Shown: one piece after another, positions 1 to 8,503 of the stretch | Layout of the letters: each line of letters opens with the position of its first letter | How positions within the stretch are numbered: the stretch's first letter is position 1 | Notes under the pieces: model-generated | Told to the model about the DNA's origin: nothing | Databases searched by the model: none | The model's input: only the letters and a program-made list of their open reading frames with translations | Position numbers and translations under genes: made by a program | Virus record (IMG/VR): IMGVR_UViG_3300021141_000010 | Span: 1 to 61,050 of that record | Length of the DNA stretch: 61,050 nt | From: a virus | Lineage: Duplodnaviria > Caudoviricetes | Strand: one strand, 5' to 3'

Positions 1-2
1 CA

Positions 3-401
3 TTACTTGATCCCCTTCTCGACAGAGGAATACTTCAAGTAGCCAACCCGGTCGACGGTTTCACCGTCGACCGTAAGCCAGAACGTAGGTGTGTTTGCAT
101 AGTTGTGATCGTAGCAATAGGCTACCTTCCACCCTGCGGCTTGGAACAGCGGTGCTTCGCACCGCTGCCAGCAAACCGAATCTCGGTTTGCTGACATGAA
201 GACAACCACCTCCGGTGGTTGCTTCTGCTTCGGCTTGTCGCTCGGGCTGGGTGTCGGGTCGTTCTTCGACACTATGCTGTCCCCAGTGTCAAACATCTCC
301 AACCCATGCTTTCCGTCATAGAAAATCCACGAACAGACGCACAGAACGACCGCGCCGATCCCTAAAACCCCCATCGCTATATCCCCTGATTTTATTCTCA
401 T
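3..401 (-). CDS. Membrane-anchored thioredoxin-like protein lacking CxxC (paralog of 46125..46589)
   Basis: N-terminal hydrophobic helix. C-terminus EVVVF..PLFQAAGWKVAYCYDHNYANTPTFWL..VG aligns by eye with EVIMF..PKFEQAGYKVGICYDHAFPVTPHFLI..VG of 46125..46589. Confidence 0.6.
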   Translation of the reverse strand: MRIKSGDIAMGVLGIGAVVLCVCSWIFYDGKHGLEMFDTGDSIVSKNDPTPSPSDKPKQKQPPEVVVFMSANRDSVCWQRCEAPLFQAAGWKVAYCYDHNYANTPTFWLTVDGETVDRVGYLKYSSVEKGIK

Positions 402-451
402 ACGTTTCCCGAAGCGTCTAATCTTATGAGATTACCTAATCCACACTACCG

Positions 452-1144
452 TTAATCATTGCGATTGTCAATACGCTCGTGGTAGGCTCGGTAGGCTTTT
501 ATCACAGGAATTATCGCAGGATGCCGCATATTGCAGTCTTCAGAGAACTCTTGTACTCCAACGCAATCGAGGTGCTTGACTGCTTCGATGAAGGGTCTTA
601 AGCCGAATGATCGTCGAGTATCCTGCTCCGCATCTCCGGCAAAGACCATCGTAGAGCCGATCCCCAATCGCGTGACAACAGCAAGGAACTCCTCGCTATT
701 GAGATTCTGGCACTCGTCGACAAACACCAAGGCGTTCTCGAACGTCGCCCCTTGGATGTAGGGCAATGGTCGAATCTCGACCAACTCGCTCGGCAGTCCT
801 AACTTGCGAGCGATTTCCATCACCGAATCGATGTACGGGTTCATCTTCTCTTCGGCTGTGCCCGGCAAATATCCCATCCGTGATCTACCCATCTCAAGGG
901 GAGATCGAATGAACACAATCTTTTCGATCCGCCTAGCTCGAATCGCCTGCGCGCCCCAAGCCATCGCCGCGAACGACTTTCCTGTTCCGGCGGGGCCGAC
1001 AAACAGGACTATCGGTTTATCCTCTAGCAATCCCCAGGCATCCAGTTGGCTTCTGTTGAGTTGGAACTTTTTGCGAGGGGAGTCGGCGAATTTCGCGGCA
1101 GGTGATTGTGGCTCGTCCTGAGGTGCTGTCTTGCGTCTAGCCAT
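452..1144 (-). CDS. phoH: PhoH-family ATPase
   Basis: GPAGTGKS Walker A, MGYLPGTAEEKMNPY, IQGATFENALVFVDECQN, RLG, GDAEQD, RHP motifs. Start placed at MARRK (1144). Confidence 0.93.
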   Translation of the reverse strand: MARRKTAPQDEPQSPAAKFADSPRKKFQLNRSQLDAWGLLEDKPIVLFVGPAGTGKSFAAMAWGAQAIRARRIEKIVFIRSPLEMGRSRMGYLPGTAEEKMNPYIDSVMEIARKLGLPSELVEIRPLPYIQGATFENALVFVDECQNLNSEEFLAVVTRLGIGSTMVFAGDAEQDTRRSFGLRPFIEAVKHLDCVGVQEFSEDCNMRHPAIIPVIKAYRAYHERIDNRND

Positions 1145-1188
1145 TGTAGGCTTTCTAGGGTAAGAGTGTCGGGAGCAAGGCTTTCCCC

Positions 1189-1197
1189 ATTGTAGCA
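1189..1197 (-). promoter_or_regulatory. Extended -10 promoter (TGcTACAAT) for phoH
   Basis: Minus strand reads TGCTACAAT about 45 nt upstream of the phoH ATG. Confidence 0.45.
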
Positions 1198-1606
1198 AGG
1201 CATCGCCAAAAAAGAAAAACTTGACCAGTGCGCACGCCGGGCTTCCCTCCTGATTCCCAACCAATATAGAGTTGGTTAAGCAGGATTCCCCGCTAGGGGG
1301 ATACTGGTTGTCTTGTGGCCTTTGGTTTAGGGTTCTTCCGGTGTTTGGAACCACCGGCAGGGTTGTTGGTTTATTCTTTATCAGATTATGACCACGGCGT
1401 AGCCCGTTGTGCAGGATCAATCACCTGCCCGTTGCGTGGAAACTGCCCAGAGGGCAGTACCCCTTTCGCCTAACCAAAATTTACCCCGACTGCCTGTGTC
1501 AGTCGGGTAGCCTGCCCTTCGTATTAAGGAACCAGCATTGAATTGAGTACGAATATCCAGCAGTTTGTCCGCAAGAAAGAAACGTATTTTTTTTTGTCGA
1601 AACGCG

Positions 1607-1640
1607 AAAAGACTGGCGGGAGTTGCAACTCCCGCCAGTC
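1607..1640 (-). terminator. Hairpin (30-bp perfect palindrome) followed by TTTT; probable terminator
   Basis: GACTGGCGGGAGTTG|CAACTCCCGCCAGTC at 1611-1640, with TTTT following on the minus strand. Confidence 0.55.
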
Positions 1641-1798
1641 ACGTTTCTTTCTTGCAGTTCGCTTATCGTACACAGGCACTCCGAGGCTTTCGGCATCACG
1701 CCTATTCGCTCCCTGTTTAGCAGTGGCCCTACAATCCTTTAGGGATCAGGCCAGCGAGCCCATCTAGCCACCGAGTCGGCTCTAGCAAGATTCCGTGA

Positions 1799-1827
1799 AT
1801 TTTAGCAAGTAGGCAATAGCCTGTCAA
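1799..1827 (-). promoter_or_regulatory. Near-consensus sigma70 promoter facing the non-coding region
   Basis: Minus strand TTGACA-17 nt-TAAAAT with TG extension. Confidence 0.7.
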
Positions 1828-1915
1828 TGGGTTAGATTATTTTGGAAAACGATCCGCTCTTGAGCGTAGAACCTTTCGCTGTTGATGTTTTGTTTACAAC
1901 TAACTGGAGGAAAAC

Positions 1916-2134
1916 ATGCCGCTATACTTTTTGAGCAGACGTGATTGCAGCTACGACGAACTACGACAAGTCGTAGTTCGTGCTAAGAACGAAAAAGAGG
2001 CGCGTGTACTCGCCTCTGCCTACAGAGGCGACGAAGGTGAAGAGGTTTGGCTTGACGAGAGGCAAAGCATTTGCGAAAAACTGCAAGTGCGAGGCAAGAA
2101 TCGAGTTATTTGTGTTGATTTTTACGAAGCGTAA
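1916..2134 (+). CDS. Hypothetical phage protein (72 aa)
   Basis: GGAGG SD 5 nt before ATG. Confidence 0.75.
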   Translation: MPLYFLSRRDCSYDELRQVVVRAKNEKEARVLASAYRGDEGEEVWLDERQSICEKLQVRGKNRVICVDFYEA

Positions 2135-2155
2135 TCTACATTTAAGGGCAAAATT

Positions 2156-2839
2156 ATGACCATTGACAAAGCAACTGAATCTGGGTGGCGACCCGTCACC
2201 AAGCAGGATTTAATCGATATCATAGACAGCGGCAAGCCGCTGTCGGCCCGCTTTCGGGATGCTGAGAATGGAGAATGGAAGTGCGACCTGCTTGTCGGAT
2301 TCCAAATTATCCAAGGCAGGATGTGGTACACGAAATCAACGAGAACCAACTGGCAGCATTGTGAAGTCAAGCCTGTCGTTCTTCGAGATCCGAAGTTTTC
2401 GGATCTCGAAAACGGGCCTATCGAGTGCCTAGTCTACCTACACGGAGAAAACCATACTCCAGAGAGGGGCATCTTGGTTGGTATGCGATACCATCCAAAC
2501 GAGCGGAACAAGACTGGGTTGGTGTACCACGTCAGTCGACAGGGGCAACCAGAAGACGGTACTTCCTATAATGTTAGCTGGTGCGTCAAGGTGGTTGATG
2601 GTGGCGTAGCATTGCTGTCTCCGACCACCCAACCTGCGCAAGCAGAATTGACCACCGACGACGACGATTGGCGAACGCCGACTGCGGAGGATTTGAAAAA
2701 CGGCCCAATCGAGTGCGAAGTGCGAGATTTTCATGATTCTGTTTGGGAGAAGCGAAAGCTGCAACGCATCAGTTTGGACGCGAATTTTCCGTATCGAACT
2801 GCGAGTTGCGGTTGGAAGTTTTGTCGGATTCCCAAGTAA
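2156..2839 (+). CDS. Hypothetical protein with three internal repeats
   Basis: WRPVTKQDL / LRDPKFSDLENGPIEC / WRTPTAEDLKNGPIEC units. Confidence 0.7.
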   Translation: MTIDKATESGWRPVTKQDLIDIIDSGKPLSARFRDAENGEWKCDLLVGFQIIQGRMWYTKSTRTNWQHCEVKPVVLRDPKFSDLENGPIECLVYLHGENHTPERGILVGMRYHPNERNKTGLVYHVSRQGQPEDGTSYNVSWCVKVVDGGVALLSPTTQPAQAELTTDDDDWRTPTAEDLKNGPIECEVRDFHDSVWEKRKLQRISLDANFPYRTASCGWKFCRIPK

Positions 2840-2842
2840 TCC

Positions 2843-2874
2843 TTGCCAATCCTAGCGATTTTCGCTAGGATTGG
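2843..2874 (+). promoter_or_regulatory. Promoter inside a 13-bp inverted repeat; probable leaderless transcript
   Basis: TTGCCA(2843)-17-TAGGAT(2866), ATG 7 nt later. IR CCAATCCTAGCGA-TTT-TCGCTAGGATTGG. Confidence 0.55.
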
Positions 2875-2878
2875 TCAC

Positions 2879-3682
2879 ATGAGTACCGAGTCTGAGACAA
2901 ATCCAAACGTCTTTACGCCTGACCGCATTTGGCAGGCGTTTTCTTGTGCGCTGACGACAACCAGCGATCCAGAATTGGCCGCCGCTCTCGGTATCACTGA
3001 GGGTAAGCTAAAAGACTGGAAGCAGAATGAACCAGCTTTCTATCGAGCCATCATAGCCGCCCGGAGAGCAGGAGCCGACAGCAGAGGCGGAAACGGTCTT
3101 ATCGCCCGTCATGTGGGAAACTCGCTTCCGAAGGAGCTACGCGATCTCTGGGAGGAACTCTCCGAGGAGAAGTCTGACCGCGAAGCGGTCATGTACAACC
3201 TCGCAACGCGAGGGGACTTCGACAAACAACGGTTGCTCGTTCACGCTCTTAGCGTGACTCGCTTCGATCTGAACGCCTGTTGCCAGATGCTTGACATCTC
3301 CAAGGCCCAGTTAGATAAGTGGGCCAAGGACGATCCCCGGTTTGCAAAACTTTGGGATGAAGTCTACTTCCAGAAGAAAAACTTCGTCGAATCAAAGCTC
3401 ATGGATCTAGTCGAAGCAGGCAATGCCAAAGCAGTCATGTTCGCCAACGAACGGCTTAACCGAGAGCAGTACGGGCAAAAAATCGAAGTCACCGGACAGA
3501 TTCAGCACGTCCACGGGATCATCGACTTTACCAAACTGGACTTGGACGTAGATACTAAGTCGAAGATCCTGCTCGCTTGTAAGCAAGCAGGGATGTTAGA
3601 TATGGACGGCTTGATGATCGAAGATAGTCAGACCGTTGAAGGGCAAGTTGTTGAGGCGGCTAGACAGCTACCGGGGCACTAA
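2879..3682 (+). CDS. Terminase small subunit-like protein with two HTH units
   Basis: ELAAALGITEGKLKDWKQNEPAF and ACCQMLDISKAQLDKWAKDDPRF, then VESKL..GNAKAVMF..R.QYGQKIEVTG typical of TerS. Confidence 0.6.
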   Translation: MSTESETNPNVFTPDRIWQAFSCALTTTSDPELAAALGITEGKLKDWKQNEPAFYRAIIAARRAGADSRGGNGLIARHVGNSLPKELRDLWEELSEEKSDREAVMYNLATRGDFDKQRLLVHALSVTRFDLNACCQMLDISKAQLDKWAKDDPRFAKLWDEVYFQKKNFVESKLMDLVEAGNAKAVMFANERLNREQYGQKIEVTGQIQHVHGIIDFTKLDLDVDTKSKILLACKQAGMLDMDGLMIEDSQTVEGQVVEAARQLPGH

Positions 3683-4508
3683 TCTTCGGCATCGGATCGT
3701 AGCCAGAGAGTTCGAGATCCTCGAACGTATAGTCCCAAAGGTTCTCTCGCCAAGTCTTGATTTGTAAGATCGGCTCATTCCTTGGGGTGCGGTTCATCAA
3801 CTCCCGCACTGCATCTTTGTGGTTGTCATAGATATGCGCATCGCCAAGCGTGTGCGTAAAGTATCTCGGGATCTTCCCGAGAGTCTTTGCTGCGAGCGAC
3901 AACAGGAGCGAGTAGGAAGCGATGTTGAACGGCACTCCGAGGAACATATCGCCAGATCGTTGATATAGTTGCAGGTCGAGGAATGTCCGGTTAACGTGAA
4001 AGTGAAATAGGGTATGACATGGCGGCAACGCCATATCCGGGATCTCCGTAGGGTTCCAAGACGATACGACAATCCTGCGACTCGCGGGGTTGTCTCGCAA
4101 TTCACTCATCGCCCATTTGATCTGATCGACCCCGCCGAAGTCTCGCCACTGCTTACCGTAGATCGGGCCGAGATCACCGTCCTCGGAACACCATTCGTCC
4201 CAAATTGAGACACCCTTGGCTTGTAAGGACTTGACGTTGGTTTCTCCCCGGAGAAACCAAAATAGTTCCTCGGCGATATGCCGAAACGGCAATCGCTTGG
4301 TTGTAAGCAGAGGGAATCCTCGTCGGAGGTCGAACCGCATCTGAGCCCCGAAGATGCTGGTCGTACCGACACCGGTACGATCCATCTGTTGCGAACCGTA
4401 GGCGAACACCCAGCGAAGCAGACCGAGGTAGCCATCTTCGTTTTCCATCGCGCGGCTGGGATAATGATCTTTGAGGGTCGGCGCGGGGACGTATTGAGGA
4501 TCGAGCAT
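3660..4508 (-). CDS. thyA: Thymidylate synthase
   Basis: DRTGVGT, FPLLTTK, IWDEW, LGPIYGKQWR, MALPPCH, YQRSGDMFLGVPFNIASY, GDAHIY. Start at 4508 (TGATG overlap) or 4448. Confidence 0.97.
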   Translation of the reverse strand: MLDPQYVPAPTLKDHYPSRAMENEDGYLGLLRWVFAYGSQQMDRTGVGTTSIFGAQMRFDLRRGFPLLTTKRLPFRHIAEELFWFLRGETNVKSLQAKGVSIWDEWCSEDGDLGPIYGKQWRDFGGVDQIKWAMSELRDNPASRRIVVSSWNPTEIPDMALPPCHTLFHFHVNRTFLDLQLYQRSGDMFLGVPFNIASYSLLLSLAAKTLGKIPRYFTHTLGDAHIYDNHKDAVRELMNRTPRNEPILQIKTWRENLWDYTFEDLELSGYDPMPKISAPVAV

Positions 4509-4789
4509 CAGCAATCCCATTTCCTGAGTGATTTGTTGATCCGAGAATTGGGGTCATTAGCCGTTTCAGAGGAAGTGTTCTTCTTGCGCATTCCCTCCAT
4601 CCTACTACAGAAGGACTTCCGCCTCGCAGCCGCCTTCGGCGACCGCTTGGCTTCCTCCTTCGATACGGGTCGCTTGAGATCCGAGCCGGGATTCTCCCGT
4701 TCGTAGGACTTGCGACCTGCCTCATTCAAGCCGCCCTCTTCGTTCTTCCCAGACTTTCGCTGCCAACTAGCAGATTTCTTTTTAGGCAT
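4508..4789 (-). CDS. DUF6321-like small basic phage protein
   Basis: WQRKSGKNEEGGLNEAGR..RRKSFCSRM..SRINKSLRKWDC pattern. TGATG coupling at 4789. Confidence 0.7.
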   Translation of the reverse strand: MPKKKSASWQRKSGKNEEGGLNEAGRKSYERENPGSDLKRPVSKEEAKRSPKAAARRKSFCSRMEGMRKKNTSSETANDPNSRINKSLRKWDC

Positions 4790-4902
4790 CAGCAGGCTCC
4801 CATACAAATAAGAACAATCAAAATCAGCATCTGAGCATTCAGTAGGATCACCCCGCCTACCAAAGCCAAGATAATCAGCACGCCTACGATGTCGTCAGTC
4901 AT
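4789..4902 (-). CDS. 37-aa hydrophobic membrane peptide (not in ORF track)
   Basis: MTDDIVGVLIILALVGGVILLNAQMLILIVLICMGAC; stop/start overlaps with both neighbours. Confidence 0.65.
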   Translation of the reverse strand: MTDDIVGVLIILALVGGVILLNAQMLILIVLICMGAC

Positions 4903-5285
4903 TAGAGTTCACCCAATCGTTTGCGAACAGCGTTGGCCCTACTATCTGTAGGCCAATAGCAAAGGACAATATTATGCCTATTGATTTGCCCCAATAAACG
5001 CTCAAGGGCCGAGTCCCCAATACCCGCTGCGGATTGTGGACTCAGCCCAAGAGCAATCTCTGCGATTATACTTACCAGTGGGTCGTCGTCAATAAACAAA
5101 TGCACATTGCATTGTCGGTCAAGATCAGCGAGCGCGGCGGTCGCCCCACGAACTAAGCTCGCCATCCTATTGCGGATTTTGCAGGTTCCCTGCAATTCCG
5201 CAACCCATTTCCTGCTGTCTGGATGGGTGTTTGATGCCCACTTGGTCGCATCCGCAGTCACATAGATGGAGTAGTCAACAATCAT
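4902..5285 (-). CDS. Degenerate RNase H-fold protein
   Basis: RNRM..ATAALADLDRQCNVHLFIDD..LERLLGQINRHNIV resembles RNase HI NNRMEL..ALEALKEHCEVILSTD..WQRLDAALGQHQI. Confidence 0.45.
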   Translation of the reverse strand: MIVDYSIYVTADATKWASNTHPDSRKWVAELQGTCKIRNRMASLVRGATAALADLDRQCNVHLFIDDDPLVSIIAEIALGLSPQSAAGIGDSALERLLGQINRHNIVLCYWPTDSRANAVRKRLGEL

Positions 5286-5548
5286 TTAGGGTTGAGAGCT
5301 TTCTCGATGGCTAGTTTCTTCTCCGTCTCAATCGCTTTCCGTTGGATTTCGGCTTCGATCAGGTGGTCGTCTGATTCGTACTTTGAACACCAATCATCGT
5401 GCCGGACTCGGGGGAACCCAGTGGCTCTGGGGGGATTGTATCTGCATTCGCGGGCTTTTCCGTCACCTGACGAGAACCGGCAGAGTTTGCACGCTTTCGG
5501 GGGGAGTTGTTTGCCGTCATTTTGGAATTTGCTGTGTGGGATTGGCAT
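5282..5548 (-). CDS. Small Cys-rich putative metal-binding protein
   Basis: CxxC..ECRYNPP..FPRV..DWC motif common in small phage proteins. Confidence 0.65.
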   Translation of the reverse strand: MPIPHSKFQNDGKQLPPKACKLCRFSSGDGKARECRYNPPRATGFPRVRHDDWCSKYESDDHLIEAEIQRKAIETEKKLAIEKALNPK

Positions 5549-5793
5549 GCTTCTTTGGGGGTTAGGATTTCTAGAGACTTCACCGCCGCGCGGAGAATCG
5601 TGTACGCTGTCATGTTTTCGTCTTGATCATTGTTGTCTGCGTATTTCCAGCAGGCAATCACAAGGGATCGTCGGTCTTTCCGAAGAACACGACCGAAAAC
5701 CTCGAAAACGATATGCTGTTCGCCCTCGGAGTGGTCGTCAAAGACCACACGCACTACGTCTCCTAGATTGCAGTTCTTGTTTATTTTGGACAT
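5359..5793 (-). CDS. Hypothetical protein
   Basis: First ~80 aa look globular (GDVVRVVFDDH). The 3' end overlaps the next gene by 190 nt. Confidence 0.55.
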   Translation of the reverse strand: MSKINKNCNLGDVVRVVFDDHSEGEQHIVFEVFGRVLRKDRRSLVIACWKYADNNDQDENMTAYTILRAAVKSLEILTPKEACQSHTANSKMTANNSPRKRANSAGSRQVTEKPANADTIPPEPLGSPESGTMIGVQSTNQTTT

Positions 5794-5883
5794 TTTCCAC
5801 CTGATTGTAGGAAATTGTCATTGCAACAAGACAACATCCCGATATGCTACTTCACATCAGTTTCATTCCATAGGAGGCAAACC

Positions 5884-6333
5884 ATGACTGATTATAACGA
5901 GGCGTATGATCTCGCCAAAGTTTTCGCGATTGTGGCAGCAAAGAAGTACCGAATTGACATCGACGAAGCCGTCTCGGACGGCTACTTAGCAGTTTCCGAA
6001 AAACTCACCAAGTTTGACCCAGAAAAGGCTAAGCTATCGACGTATATCTATATGGTGGTAACCCGCCAAATCATCACGACTTTGCGATCTCGCAAAGTCC
6101 GATCCTGCGTCAAGAACAACTCTGAGGCAGTGTGCGATGGTGCGGTGGCTACCTACGAAGGAAATTCCGACGATGATTCATCGGTGGTGGTTCGGCTTGC
6201 CTTGGATCTTGCCGCTAGCGGCAAGAAACACAAGACGATTCGCAAGAGTGTTGAGAACGCTCTCGTCGAAGCGGGTTGGGGCAAGAATCGAATCGCCGAA
6301 GCATTCGATTCTGTTCTAGAGGGGCATAACTAA
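5884..6333 (+). CDS. Sigma70 region-2-like protein (truncated phage sigma factor)
   Basis: DEAVSDGYLAVSEKLTKFDPEKAKLSTYIYMVVTRQI matches the region 2 pattern; GGAGG SD. Confidence 0.7.
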   Translation: MTDYNEAYDLAKVFAIVAAKKYRIDIDEAVSDGYLAVSEKLTKFDPEKAKLSTYIYMVVTRQIITTLRSRKVRSCVKNNSEAVCDGAVATYEGNSDDDSSVVVRLALDLAASGKKHKTIRKSVENALVEAGWGKNRIAEAFDSVLEGHN

Positions 6334-6420
6334 TTACTCGATATCTAGCAATCCTGTTGCTTGTCGCAACAGGATGCACATCAACTAAACCCCAACACTA
6401 CGAAATTATGGAAATTGGCT

Positions 6421-6615
6421 ATGGCAGGGCTATCAATACTCCGATATCCGAACGAATCGGTACTCATCGGAAACGACATCAAAATCACTGTGCTATCTAT
6501 CGGTCGCGGGAATCGAATTCGCCTCAAAATTGAGGCTCCTAAAGAAGTACCGGTGCTTCGCGAAGAGATACTCACACTTAAAAAAGCTGGGAAGGCTCAA
6601 GGGGTGCGAGGATGA
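6421..6615 (+). CDS. csrA: Carbon storage regulator CsrA/RsmA homolog
   Basis: [43 protein letters not shown]. Confidence 0.9.
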   Translation: MAGLSILRYPNESVLIGNDIKITVLSIGRGNRIRLKIEAPKEVPVLREEILTLKKAGKAQGVRG

Positions 6616-6731
6616 TCGTCGAATTCCTGATTGCCGTGTTTTGTGGACTCGTAGTTTGTGCAGTGGTCGAGATTGCGGGTTGGATTATATCTGAGGTGCT
6701 GTCGGCACTAGAGGAGGTGAAAGATGAGTAA
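6612..6731 (+). CDS. 39-aa membrane peptide (not in ORF track)
   Basis: [39 protein letters not shown]; ATGA overlap with csrA. Confidence 0.55.
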   Translation: MIVEFLIAVFCGLVVCAVVEIAGWIISEVLSALEEVKDE

Positions 6732-7113
6732 CCAAGGTTTTCGAGGTGTTCCCGGCATACCGGATGGGTGGGAGTTACTGGCGATACGACATGCTGAGTC
6801 CGGCGAGTGGTATATTGAGCCGACCCGCAACCTGCCTGCATTAGCGGAGATTCGCACGACTTACAAGCGTCCCATCATCCGCAAGATCGAGACTCATAAA
6901 AAGTACCGACAGTTTGCTAATAAAGCTGAGTACGAACCGCATCGCAATCGCTGGTGGAGATGGAAAGACCCAATTGAGCCTTGCGACACAACTTTCCCTC
7001 CGATTGGATATGGCGAAAACGGTTTGCTGACTGCAACGTGGGAGCAGGCGTTTCAGGGTCGCGTTTTCGATGACGGCACTCCCTTCGGCGTGGAGATTCA
7101 GGATGACCAATAG
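6724..7113 (+). CDS. Hypothetical phage protein
   Basis: GAGGAGGTG SD; C-terminal FDDGTPFGVE motif. Confidence 0.75.
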   Translation: MSNQGFRGVPGIPDGWELLAIRHAESGEWYIEPTRNLPALAEIRTTYKRPIIRKIETHKKYRQFANKAEYEPHRNRWWRWKDPIEPCDTTFPPIGYGENGLLTATWEQAFQGRVFDDGTPFGVEIQDDQ

Positions 7114-8503
7114 CCCCAAGCACACCCTCTTTCCTTATCAGGAAGAGGGCGTAGAGTTCATGAATGCCGTTCATGGCGGCATTCTCCTAGCCGACGAGCA
7201 GGGACTCGGTAAGACTGCGCAGGTTTCGACCTTGGCGTCCCGCCAAGGTCTTTGGCCGTTGCTTATCGTCTGTCCAGCTTCCCTCAAGGGAAACTGGCAA
7301 CGAGAACTCAAGATGTGGGCAGGGGTTGAGGCGCATGTCATCGAGGGCAAGTCGCTTGCGACTTTGCCCGAGACTCTGCCGCCTGCTGTCATCGTCAACT
7401 ACGATATCCTCTACGACCAGCGGCCCTTACTGGGCCGCTACCAGTGGAAGTGTATCGCCTTTGATGAAGTACATAACCTTAGCAACCGAACCAGCAATCG
7501 AACCAAGGCGGCTAAGTATCTTAGCCGAATGACGACTAAGGTGATCGGGATGTCCGGCACTCCGGTTATGAATAGACCAGCCGACTTCTGGCCTATCTTG
7601 AACATCATCCGACCTGAGCTATTCCCAAGCTGGCAGGCTTATGCTACTCGCTACTGTGATCCGCGAAAGACGCATTGGGGCTGGGAATACAAGGGAGCCA
7701 AGAACCTCGAAGAACTGCATGAGAAGATCAAACCTTTCATGCTTCGGCGACTCAAGGCCGAGGTTTTAGATCTCCCAGAGAAGAAGATGATCGTCATCCC
7801 GTTACAACTAGATGACAGAAGCGAACTCGATGCCGCCGAGGAAGATTTCCTTGGTTGGCTAGCCCAAAATACCAAGTATGGCAGTGTTAGTTCTGCACAG
7901 AAAGCCGAAGCTGTCACACGGCTCGGAGTCCTACTCAGGCTAACCAGTAGGCTAAAAGCACGCGCTGTGGTGGATTGGTCACGAAAGTTCTTTCGTGACA
8001 ACCCTAAGGAAAAGTTGATTCTTTTTGCGGTTCACACGCAGATGGTCGATGTTCTCAAGCGTAGAATCTTGCCGGAGAAGAATGTCGTCGTCATCGACGG
8101 TTCGACTCCGACTAAAAAACGTCAGGGCATCGTAGATCGGTTTCAGACCGATCCGCAATGTAAACTGATGGTAGCCAACATTAAGGCGGCGGGGGTAGGC
8201 TTGACGCTAACAGCGGCAAGCACTATTGCCAACGCTGAGATGTGGTGGACACCAGCAGTGATGGCTCAAGGCGCAGATCGCGTCCACCGCATCGGCCAGA
8301 AAGAGGATTGCGATATCTATTATTTGGTCGTCCCGGAGACGGTCGAAGAACGTATCTGCCAAGCAATCCAGACTAAACAGCAAGTCGCAAATAGCATCAT
8401 CGATGGCCGACAAGCCGCGACGATGCCCGTATTAGATCTACTCTTATCCAAGACAGGAGGACTATTAAGTGGCAAAGTACGACCTGACAAAGCCAAAAGT
8501 TAA
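7103..8503 (+). CDS. SNF2-family helicase/ATPase
   Basis: ILLADEQGLGKT, CPASL, DEVH, SGTPVMN, GVGLTL, QGADRVHRIGQ. Confidence 0.93.
   Translation: MTNSPKHTLFPYQEEGVEFMNAVHGGILLADEQGLGKTAQVSTLASRQGLWPLLIVCPASLKGNWQRELKMWAGVEAHVIEGKSLATLPETLPPAVIVNYDILYDQRPLLGRYQWKCIAFDEVHNLSNRTSNRTKAAKYLSRMTTKVIGMSGTPVMNRPADFWPILNIIRPELFPSWQAYATRYCDPRKTHWGWEYKGAKNLEELHEKIKPFMLRRLKAEVLDLPEKKMIVIPLQLDDRSELDAAEEDFLGWLAQNTKYGSVSSAQKAEAVTRLGVLLRLTSRLKARAVVDWSRKFFRDNPKEKLILFAVHTQMVDVLKRRILPEKNVVVIDGSTPTKKRQGIVDRFQTDPQCKLMVANIKAAGVGLTLTAASTIANAEMWWTPAVMAQGADRVHRIGQKEDCDIYYLVVPETVEERICQAIQTKQQVANSIIDGRQAATMPVLDLLLSKTGGLLSGKVRPDKAKS

Noticed and set aside
1145-1420. 92-codon N-terminal extension of PhoH
   Set aside because: No protein-like features; a promoter-like TGcTACAAT lies within it
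1611-1640. Protelomerase (telRL-like) site
   Set aside because: No protelomerase or tyrosine recombinase is visible in the window; a terminator is the simpler explanation
3660-4508. Base-hypermodification pathway (hydroxymethylase)
   Set aside because: ThyA keeps the dUMP-specifying Asn (PFNIASY) and looks canonical; the glycosyltransferases are linked to virion genes, not DNA genes
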